Part shown: piece after piece, positions 8,187 through 15,199 of the stretch
Position numbering within the stretch: position 1 is the stretch's first letter
Layout: each line of letters opens with the position of its first letter
From: an uncultured virus (IMG/VR IMGVR_UViG_3300033069_000955)
Lineage: Duplodnaviria; Heunggongvirae; Uroviricota; Caudoviricetes
Length of the DNA stretch: 20,000 nt
Virus record (IMG/VR): IMGVR_UViG_3300033069_000955
Strand: one strand, 5' to 3'
Notes under the pieces: model-generated
What the model was told of the DNA's origin: nothing
What the model saw: the letters and a program-made list of their open reading frames with translations, nothing else
The model's database searches: none
Translations under genes and position numbers: made by a program

Positions 8187-8739
8187 AACTATGACAATCC
8201 AAGAAAGAGTGGAAAATTACGAACTTACTAAGATGACCCAGGAAGAGAGAGTTGCGGTTCTTACCAAAGAATTTCAAAACATTATTCTTAACACCATTCT
8301 GGGCAAAGATCCTGTGTGTTTAATTAGAGCACATTCAGCTATCTTCGACGATGTTTACAGTGTAGTGCAAAACCTTTCTCTTCCTGAGGACTTTGTGGAT
8401 CCAGGTGGAAGTGATTGGGAAACTTCCAACACAGAATTTAATAAGTTCTGTATGTCAATTCCAGTAAAAGAAATTTCCACCGAAGAGCTTGAAGGTGTAG
8501 ATGCTGAATATACTGGTAAGCTTCCTGACAGCCAGTTATTCCTCCAGATTATCAGAGCATCCGATCAGATTAACATTCAGGTAGAAGGATTCCTTGAGAA
8601 GACTGGGGCAAAAGGTAAGATCATGAGATCAGGGTTGCCTTTTGAGCCGACCATTGCTGAGAAGAGAATGGTTTGTTTGATGGTTGCTCTGCTTTCTCCT
8701 GAACAATCCACCGAATCAACAGATCAGGTGCTTATTTAA
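8170..8739 (+). CDS. Hypothetical protein
   Basis: 189 aa ORF. The true start may be ATG 8191, downstream of GAGG. Confidence 0.75.
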   Translation: MRKLTKTMTIQERVENYELTKMTQEERVAVLTKEFQNIILNTILGKDPVCLIRAHSAIFDDVYSVVQNLSLPEDFVDPGGSDWETSNTEFNKFCMSIPVKEISTEELEGVDAEYTGKLPDSQLFLQIIRASDQINIQVEGFLEKTGAKGKIMRSGLPFEPTIAEKRMVCLMVALLSPEQSTESTDQVLI

Positions 8740-9612
8740 ATGAGTTATAAAGCAGTAGGTAAGGTATGGACCCCTGAAACTCTAAGAGAAGAGTTAAAGA
8801 AGGTTCCAGTTCCCAAGTGGTTTAAGGCGATTACTATTCATCACACTGCTGCTCCCTCTTTGACCCAAAGGCCAAAGGGGTTTACTTTGCAACATATTAT
8901 TAATATTAGAGACTTCTATATTAATAAGAAACATTGGGATCGGGGACCACACTTCTTCGTTGACGAAGATCAGATTTTTGGTATGACGCCTGTTACTGAG
9001 AAAGGAATTCATGCTGCTAGTTTTAACTCCTTTGCTCTTGGTATTGAAACACTAGGAGATTATGACTCAGAAGACCCTAAATCTGGAAGGGGGCTTGCTT
9101 GTTGGACTGAGTGTGCTAAGCTTGTAAATGTGCTTTGTGAGTGGGCGGGAATTGTTCCCACTGAAAAGACTATTCTTTTTCATAGGGAAGATCCTAAAAC
9201 AAGTAAAACCTGTCCAGGCACTAAAGTCAATAAAACGTGGGTTTTGGATTTAATCAAACAAACCAGTTCCTCCAGTACACCCACACCAATCACACTGACA
9301 AATCTAGCAATACCGATTACAATCACTAAAGCTGGATCTAAAGAAACTATTCAGGGGACTCTTATTGCAGATAAGGTATTTATACCAGTAAGATCCTTTA
9401 TGTATTTCTGTGGAGTTAGTAAAGAATTATTTGAGAATAAATTTGCCGCTAAAAAGGATAAATACTATTATGATAACAAGTTAATGGAGCAAGCATTTTT
9501 TAATGCTGACAAGAATACTGTTTTTGCTTGGATTAGAGAGGTTTTACCCTTTACTAATTTAACAGTTCAGTCTTTAAATTTAGCTAACAGAACTCTTCAT
9601 TTGGATAACTAA
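8740..9612 (+). CDS. N-acetylmuramoyl-L-alanine amidase (Amidase_2), probable endolysin
   Basis: ITIHHTA, PHFFV, GIHA, NSFALGIE, FHRE and KTCPG Zn-amidase motifs; S/T/P-rich linker and separate C-terminal domain. Confidence 0.9.
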   Translation: MSYKAVGKVWTPETLREELKKVPVPKWFKAITIHHTAAPSLTQRPKGFTLQHIINIRDFYINKKHWDRGPHFFVDEDQIFGMTPVTEKGIHAASFNSFALGIETLGDYDSEDPKSGRGLACWTECAKLVNVLCEWAGIVPTEKTILFHREDPKTSKTCPGTKVNKTWVLDLIKQTSSSSTPTPITLTNLAIPITITKAGSKETIQGTLIADKVFIPVRSFMYFCGVSKELFENKFAAKKDKYYYDNKLMEQAFFNADKNTVFAWIREVLPFTNLTVQSLNLANRTLHLDN

Positions 9613-9673
9613 AACCTCCCTATTATCTATGAAAGGTGATCGAAAGATCATCTGCGTCTTTCAAGGATTATCC

Positions 9674-10825
9674 ATGATGACTTCTAAGTTAAACGCAGTG
9701 ACGAATGATTTCAACGTCTTACTGCACAGCCTTCCCTCTTCCATTACTGACTACATTGTAGATCCTGACAACCTTATTGAGATTGTAGTAGATTTACAAC
9801 GACCTGTTGAATTAAGATTTTCAGATGATAGTTTCATAGAACTAAAAACTATTGGAACAGAATATTTAATTGAAGAAATTTTAAATGAAATGAGTGAACC
9901 AGGAGTTGATAATAGGTGTGGCTTAAATGAAACCTTACATCGTATCAGCGTTATTCAAAACAAGAATTTAGACATAGTTGGTATGACTATTAGAATTGGT
10001 AAACCTTATGTGGGTAATGCTATTCTGATTGCAGATCTTTTAGAAGATAAGAAAAACATCTTACTAATCGGACCTCCAGGCCGAGGAAAAACTTCGATTT
10101 TAAGAGAGGCTTCTAACATTCTATCCTCAGAATTATTGAAAAGAGTAGTAATCGTTGACACCAGCAACGAAATTGCTGGTGAGGGTAACGTCCCTCATAG
10201 GGCTGTCGGTCGAAGCAGAAGGCTACAGGTTCCTAAAACCAAAGCTCAGCATGATGTAATGATTGAAGCTGTAGAGAACCATAACCCACATACAATCATT
10301 ATTGACGAAGTATCTACATCAGAAGAGGGTCTGGCTGCTCAAACTATTGCTCAACGGGGTGTTCAAATACTTGCTACAGTACATGGTCACACATTGAATG
10401 ATTTAATTCAGAACAAATCTCTTGCATCTATGGTGGGTGGTATTAATAAAGTCACTTTGAGTGATGATACTGCGAGAGCACGGGGATGCCAGAAAACTGC
10501 ATTAGAACGGGAGTTTCAACCACCCTTTGATTGTGTTGTAGAAATTAACGCATTTGATGAAGTAGCAGTTCATCATAATGTTAATGAGTCAGTTGATGCT
10601 ATTTTGAATGGTAAGAAAGTTGTACCAGAGCTTAGAAGACTTATTAATAATGAAGTAAGAATATTGGTTCCTTACAGTGTAGAATCCTCATTTCATATCA
10701 AACCAACTTTCACTGAGGAAGATAGAACAGAAAACAGAAATCTGTATCGAGAACATAAACGAGAAACTAAAGACCAATTCCCAAGAAGGGGGACTCAGAA
10801 AAAGAGATTTACTAGAAGAAAATAA
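9674..10825 (+). CDS. SpoIIIAA/Ycf45-family AAA+ ATPase
   Basis: EIVVDLQRP, TLHRIS, GMTIRIG, Walker A GPPGRGKT, VIVDTSNEIAG, MIEAVENHNP, Walker B IIIDE, ATVHG. ATG 9674 has AGGA upstream; the track start is 9629. Confidence 0.88.
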   Translation: MMTSKLNAVTNDFNVLLHSLPSSITDYIVDPDNLIEIVVDLQRPVELRFSDDSFIELKTIGTEYLIEEILNEMSEPGVDNRCGLNETLHRISVIQNKNLDIVGMTIRIGKPYVGNAILIADLLEDKKNILLIGPPGRGKTSILREASNILSSELLKRVVIVDTSNEIAGEGNVPHRAVGRSRRLQVPKTKAQHDVMIEAVENHNPHTIIIDEVSTSEEGLAAQTIAQRGVQILATVHGHTLNDLIQNKSLASMVGGINKVTLSDDTARARGCQKTALEREFQPPFDCVVEINAFDEVAVHHNVNESVDAILNGKKVVPELRRLINNEVRILVPYSVESSFHIKPTFTEEDRTENRNLYREHKRETKDQFPRRGTQKKRFTRRK

Positions 10826-11430
10826 TGAGGAAAAATCCACGAACAGAAAGATTTGACCCCTTGACTATTCCAGATCTACTGGAAAAGGCCAAGGCAGGGG
10901 ACATGGTTGCTCGTAATAGGTTATTGTACATGTTTCAGAGCCTCGTAGCGGCCCTTGTGAACGTTTGCCTTAATGGGAAACCCTTTACCCCACACCAGAA
11001 GACTTTTGTACGTTTATTTGCTACTAAAGATGAATCTATACAAAGTGCAGGAATGAGGTTAAAACTAAAATTATCACATCCTGATAAAAAGCATTTAAAA
11101 GATAAGTTATTTTTATTGGGACAAGTGGCAGTGTTAGAGGCCATAAATAAATGTGAAAAGAATTTAGCATCAACAATCTTATATTGCTTTAAAGAAGAGA
11201 TCACAACTGCAACAAAAGAAGCAACCCCCACAATTCATACAGACTATGATACTCTCCAGCAATCAACGACCATACATGAAGATACGTATTTAAATATATT
11301 TCTTACGACTTTAAGTGAAGAAGATCAAGTTGTTGTAGAGAAAATATTAAACGGAGAGAAAGGAGTAAAAATTTCCAGAAATCTAAAATCTAAATTATCT
11401 GCGTTTCTTCGTCCAGACACCTCTATTTAA
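10825..11430 (+). CDS. Divergent sigma70-like factor
   Basis: LLEKAKAGDMVARNRLLYMFQSLV resembles region 1.2/2.1, LFLLGQVAVLEAINK region 2.2, and FLTTLSEEDQVVV region 4.1. Confidence 0.6.
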   Translation: MRKNPRTERFDPLTIPDLLEKAKAGDMVARNRLLYMFQSLVAALVNVCLNGKPFTPHQKTFVRLFATKDESIQSAGMRLKLKLSHPDKKHLKDKLFLLGQVAVLEAINKCEKNLASTILYCFKEEITTATKEATPTIHTDYDTLQQSTTIHEDTYLNIFLTTLSEEDQVVVEKILNGEKGVKISRNLKSKLSAFLRPDTSI

Positions 11431-11447
11431 ATAAGGGAGATACAAAC

Positions 11448-11816
11448 ATGGTTATTAAGGTTAAAGTAGTGGGACCAGTTTCTGTTAAGTTCAGAGATCG
11501 CATCGGTCCGTTTAGTTGGAATCGAACTGTAAAAACAGAATTGAATGAGACTTATACCTTGTCTAAGACAAATGGTCTTAGCTTGCAGAAAGTACAAAAG
11601 ATTCCTGGCCCGTTTGACATGTCGGTCTATGTATCGGTCTCCAATGGAGAATTTCGGGGTAAAGTTAAATTAGTCCTTGATGGTACTGATTTAACAGTCT
11701 TAGAACAAGACTTGGGCAGCGGTAAGTTGAGTAGCTTTGTAAAGCCTTGGAAAGTTAGAGTGAACAATGTACGAGGAGTAACTTGTGATTTGTCACTCTC
11801 TCTAGAGACAAGCTAA
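11448..11816 (+). CDS. Hypothetical beta-strand-rich protein
   Basis: 122 aa ORF with AAGGGAG RBS. Confidence 0.75.
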   Translation: MVIKVKVVGPVSVKFRDRIGPFSWNRTVKTELNETYTLSKTNGLSLQKVQKIPGPFDMSVYVSVSNGEFRGKVKLVLDGTDLTVLEQDLGSGKLSSFVKPWKVRVNNVRGVTCDLSLSLETS

Positions 11817-11837
11817 GTTAAATACTTGTAGCTTACG

Positions 11838-11869
11838 ATATAGATGGTTCTAAATAGGGCCATCTATAT
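11838..11869. terminator. Hairpin terminator between convergent gene blocks
   Basis: ATATAGATGG-TTCT-AAAT-AGGG-CCATCTATAT; perfect 10 bp stem followed by a T-rich tract on +. Confidence 0.8.
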
Positions 11870-11873
11870 TTAT

Positions 11874-12170
11874 TTACACGGCAACTCTATATAAGTTAAA
11901 TCTAAATAATGACTGAGAAAGAGCTGGACAAGATTCTTGTACACAATAAGAGTAATAATCACACAACTCTCCAATATTCCCAGTCTTGAAATCTTTAATA
12001 GATTCCTTTATAAATAAAATACTGGCTAAGACAATATTAGAGACTTCAACTACTGTTTCAGCAATACATTCAACTACTTCTACTACGATCTCTTTAACAG
12101 GCTTAATTCCTAACAGAGAAAAAAAAACATTCTTCAATTTATTACCGACTAATTCAATTATTTCAAACAT
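11874..12170 (-). CDS. Hypothetical protein
   Basis: 98 aa ORF overlapping the upstream stop by 8 nt and ending at the terminator. Confidence 0.6.
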   Translation of the reverse strand: MFEIIELVGNKLKNVFFSLLGIKPVKEIVVEVVECIAETVVEVSNIVLASILFIKESIKDFKTGNIGELCDYYSYCVQESCPALSQSLFRFNLYRVAV

Positions 12171-12492
12171 AAGACACCAAATAAATATAACGATCTACAA
12201 GATCATCATAATGAAAAGTGGGTGAAACACTATCACATTTAATTGGTTCTACCATCATAGGTATTCCAAGTTTAGTTAAAGCGTACATTCCCTCAAATTC
12301 AGGTTTTTTAGAATGGTAAACCATAAACTTACCATTAGATTTAAAATAGGTTGCAAGAAATAATGTATCGGGATTTTCTGACTTGATTCTGTTTATTGTT
12401 GCCTCAACAGACCAATTGTGAGTAAAAGAAGTACTGCTGATGTAACTATGTACATCAGCAGTAAAGTGTAATCCTAGTAAAGGTTTAATCAA
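12163..12492 (-). CDS. Hypothetical protein
   Basis: 109 aa ORF with TTGA overlap to the upstream gene. Confidence 0.65.
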   Translation of the reverse strand: MIKPLLGLHFTADVHSYISSTSFTHNWSVEATINRIKSENPDTLFLATYFKSNGKFMVYHSKKPEFEGMYALTKLGIPMMVEPIKCDSVSPTFHYDDLVDRYIYLVSYV

Positions 12493-12785
12493 CTTACTTC
12501 ATAGTAGTCTTCGGATAAAACTTCCCCATTCGAGTTAACTGGCATAAAACCAGCTACTTTTTGAGTAATTTTCGTAGACTGTAATTTAAAGTCACTAGGG
12601 CTTTCAATTATTACGGCTTTGTGGTTCTCTGCTGCCCTTTCACAGGCTTCTAGTACCTCATGTGCCATATACCCTGTAAGATTAGAAACAGGCACCAGAA
12701 CTTCACATTCTTCAACAATGGTATTTGTGTACCTTACTCTCGCGTAGTACTCAACTCCATCTCGATTATTTTCATTGCATTGCAT
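12489..12785 (-). CDS. Hypothetical protein
   Basis: 98 aa acidic ORF with AGGAGG upstream. Confidence 0.7.
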   Translation of the reverse strand: MQCNENNRDGVEYYARVRYTNTIVEECEVLVPVSNLTGYMAHEVLEACERAAENHKAVIIESPSDFKLQSTKITQKVAGFMPVNSNGEVLSEDYYEVS

Positions 12786-12810
12786 AATAGTGTGGTCAAA
12801 GACCTCCTAT

Positions 12811-12847
12811 AAATAAAGACGATTGAAACCACTAAAAGTGCTCAATC
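12811..12847 (-). terminator. Possible intrinsic terminator after the phosphodiester glycosidase gene
   Basis: Minus strand GATTGA-G-CACT-TTT-AGTG-GTT-TCAATC followed by GTCTTTATTT. Confidence 0.45.
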
Positions 12848-12878
12848 AATTAATGTTTTTTATTGTAAAGCTTTGTAA

Positions 12879-13487
12879 TCATTTCTTTTTTACAAAAAAT
12901 TCAATACCATAATGAGGATAAGGATTTCCAAACTGTTTAGAGTTAACTTTTAAGCTACTAGAACTTCCACCATCCATATTCATAGCATAAGTGCAACCTA
13001 ATTTTTGTAAATCAAAAGCCATATTACTTAAACTAGTGTTGCTGTTATAGTAAAGTATAATTTTCCCAAATTCAGTAATACCAAGAGCAGTATGCTTGGT
13101 TACTCTACTAACATCTAATTGAAAGTGTCCTTCTTTTAAAGAAAGTGGATAAACAATTTTACCAGCATTAATTAACCAAGGTCCTGCCTGACTAGCTAAA
13201 CTATAATCAGACAACATAGATGCATTTGAAAGTACCTTTAAAGAAGGCACTCCTTTTTCAGTTATAAGAAAGACAGGACGTATATTACTATATTTGTCAA
13301 TATAAGGAAAAAGAGTATAATCTTTTAACAGACCAATTGGATTATTGTTCCAATAGTAATTACTATTTATAGCAAAATTAGATAATTTAGAAAGCTTTTT
13401 TCTAAATATTTTTATTTCATAAGCTACTGGATTTATTTTAATAGCTACAAAATTATTCTGATGGATAATCTGGTATGGTAGTACCAT
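12879..13487 (-). CDS. Phosphodiester glycosidase (NAGPA/DUF2233-family) protein
   Basis: AINSNYY, QAGPWLINAG, HTALG and AMNMDGGSSS motifs. Confidence 0.85.
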   Translation of the reverse strand: MVLPYQIIHQNNFVAIKINPVAYEIKIFRKKLSKLSNFAINSNYYWNNNPIGLLKDYTLFPYIDKYSNIRPVFLITEKGVPSLKVLSNASMLSDYSLASQAGPWLINAGKIVYPLSLKEGHFQLDVSRVTKHTALGITEFGKIILYYNSNTSLSNMAFDLQKLGCTYAMNMDGGSSSSLKVNSKQFGNPYPHYGIEFFVKKK

Positions 13488-13689
13488 GATTAAATAGTGG
13501 TGCTTGTCTCGGAATAGTAATCATTTTTTCAAAATAGTGTAATCGTTCTTCTAGTTCTCTAATTCTTTTTTCTAGCTGCACAATGGTTTTAGAATTAGTT
13601 TTGGATGCTGACGATAGTATGACAATACTCCCAGCAAGGCTACTAATTGTCTCAGAAAATTTATCTAAAGCTTTATAGAGTTCAGTCAT
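13453..13689 (-). CDS. Small coiled-coil hypothetical protein
   Basis: MTELYKAL...IVQLEKRIRELEERLH. Start moved from 13758 to 13689 because another small ORF occupies the upstream space. Confidence 0.6.
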   Translation of the reverse strand: MTELYKALDKFSETISSLAGSIVILSSASKTNSKTIVQLEKRIRELEERLHYFEKMITIPRQAPLFNHGTTIPDYPSE

Positions 13690-13804
13690 CTTGTTTTTCT
13701 TCTTTTTGTGGTTTAGATTCCTGCTTAGAATTTTGTTTCTTTTTAGAGTTCTTAACATTCCAATAATGTTGTTCTTTATTAATAATTTGTTTTCTTTGTC
13801 TCAT
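13682..13804 (-). CDS. Small K/Q/E-rich protein (40 aa), absent from the ORF track
   Basis: MRQRKQIINKEQHYWNVKNSKKKQNSKQESKPQKEEKQDD; ATGA overlap with the radical SAM stop and 8 nt overlap with the next start. Confidence 0.5.
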   Translation of the reverse strand: MRQRKQIINKEQHYWNVKNSKKKQNSKQESKPQKEEKQDD

Positions 13805-14667
13805 TGTACAAATGTCCCACATGATGCATAAACATCAGTTCCTACTCTTTCAATAACTTGTGTTTTATTCTGGAAGGAGGGCCACATATTTGAAATGTAA
13901 TCCATGTTTCTTTGGATTACTTCAATTGAGGATTCCTTTCCATATTCTTCTGAATAAGGGTTGTATCTTACTAAATTAAACTCACAGTCTAGTTTATACT
14001 TACTAATAGCATCTATGATTCTTTCTAGATCTTCAATACTATCATTTTCGCCTTCAATAAAGCAATGGTGGATCTTAATCTTTTTCTTACTATATAACTG
14101 ATAGTTTTTTAGTTTTTGTAAAGCAGAATCAACATCTAAACCATTAGGAATCCACTTCTTTCTAAAATCAGGATTTACTGAATATAAAGAATAGTAAATG
14201 GTAGGATGAATAATTTTAAAGACTTCTGTTAACTCTTTATCAAAGGTCCTAGGTATAATTGTAGAGATATTATATTTTACAGATAAATTAGAATCATAAG
14301 CCATAGCTAACTTACCCAAATCATATAGTATAGAATCAGCATCCTTTAAAATATTCTTATTTTCCAGTACCTCTCCTCTAGCCATAAAGTTATAATGAAT
14401 AATTTTAGCAGGATGATCAGATTGTTTGTAATGTTTTAATACTTCACTTGCTTGTTCTAAGTATTCAATGTGAGATGCATCTTCGAGTTTAGTTTGCTTA
14501 GTTGCAGAAAGCCAGCAAAATCTACAGCCACGATTGCAACCTGACTGACTAGATAAATAACAGATAAAATAATCATCTTTCTTCCTCACATATCTAGACT
14601 CTAAAAAGCCTTCCATCTGTTGCTCAACAAAGTTGACTGATCTATCTATCTGTGAATCTAATCTCAT
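13801..14667 (-). CDS. RlmN/Cfr-like radical SAM enzyme
   Basis: SSQSGCNRGCRFC (CxxxCxxC), FMARGE, ISTI, YSLYS, EGEND, NLVRYNP and C-terminal GTDVYASCG. Confidence 0.85.
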   Translation of the reverse strand: MRLDSQIDRSVNFVEQQMEGFLESRYVRKKDDYFICYLSSQSGCNRGCRFCWLSATKQTKLEDASHIEYLEQASEVLKHYKQSDHPAKIIHYNFMARGEVLENKNILKDADSILYDLGKLAMAYDSNLSVKYNISTIIPRTFDKELTEVFKIIHPTIYYSLYSVNPDFRKKWIPNGLDVDSALQKLKNYQLYSKKKIKIHHCFIEGENDSIEDLERIIDAISKYKLDCEFNLVRYNPYSEEYGKESSIEVIQRNMDYISNMWPSFQNKTQVIERVGTDVYASCGTFVQ

Positions 14668-15071
14668 TAAAACCAGTTACATCCTTTTAAATTTGTTTCT
14701 CTTCTTTTTGCTAGCTCTAACTCATTTTCTAATTGTGGAATTCTAGATTCTAGTCTTTTTAAAGCATTCTTTTTCCATTTAGCCATAGCTTCAACCCATT
14801 CTGGATTAGCTAGAATAATACCAATCAATTCTTCCAGATAAGGAACAAAACTAACTTCTGGATCTATCTCTAGATAGGTTCTAGATTCTTGATCCCATCT
14901 ACCAAGCTCACCAATAGTTACTGTTAAGCCTTCTTGTTGACATTCATTAAAATTCAAGTGACTTGCGTAGCGATAGGGAGTTTGTCTAGATATTGAAAAC
15001 TGGCCTTCTTGTCTATATTGTATAAGTACAGTTAAACCATCTTTTAATTCATACTCTGCACGATAATTCAT
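14667..15071 (-). CDS. Hypothetical protein with C-terminal coiled coil
   Basis: 134 aa ORF with TAATG coupling to the radical SAM gene. Confidence 0.7.
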   Translation of the reverse strand: MNYRAEYELKDGLTVLIQYRQEGQFSISRQTPYRYASHLNFNECQQEGLTVTIGELGRWDQESRTYLEIDPEVSFVPYLEELIGIILANPEWVEAMAKWKKNALKRLESRIPQLENELELAKRRETNLKGCNWF

Positions 15072-15195
15072 AATTATTTATCCTGATCAAATTCTTCCAA
15101 AACGGTTGCTTGGGTGGATCTACATTAATAGATTGTACCACTATCAAAACTTCGAGATCAAAAATCTCATTACTACCTGTAATTGTTAAATTCAT
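15049..15195 (-). CDS. Possible small protein (48 aa)
   Basis: MNLTITGSNEIFDLEVLIVVQSINVDPPKQPFWKNLIRINNYELSCRV; starts 4 nt after the RNR stop and overlaps the next gene by 23 nt. Confidence 0.35.
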   Translation of the reverse strand: MNLTITGSNEIFDLEVLIVVQSINVDPPKQPFWKNLIRINNYELSCRV

Positions 15196-15199
15196 TTTT

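Noticed and set aside
7848..11231. Minus-strand ORFs 7848-8141, 8794-9012 and 10935-11231
   Set aside because: Antisense shadows of better-supported + strand genes.
13801..14667. cfr antibiotic-resistance gene
   Set aside because: Too divergent in key motifs to assign Cfr or RlmN activity; only family-level similarity is supported.
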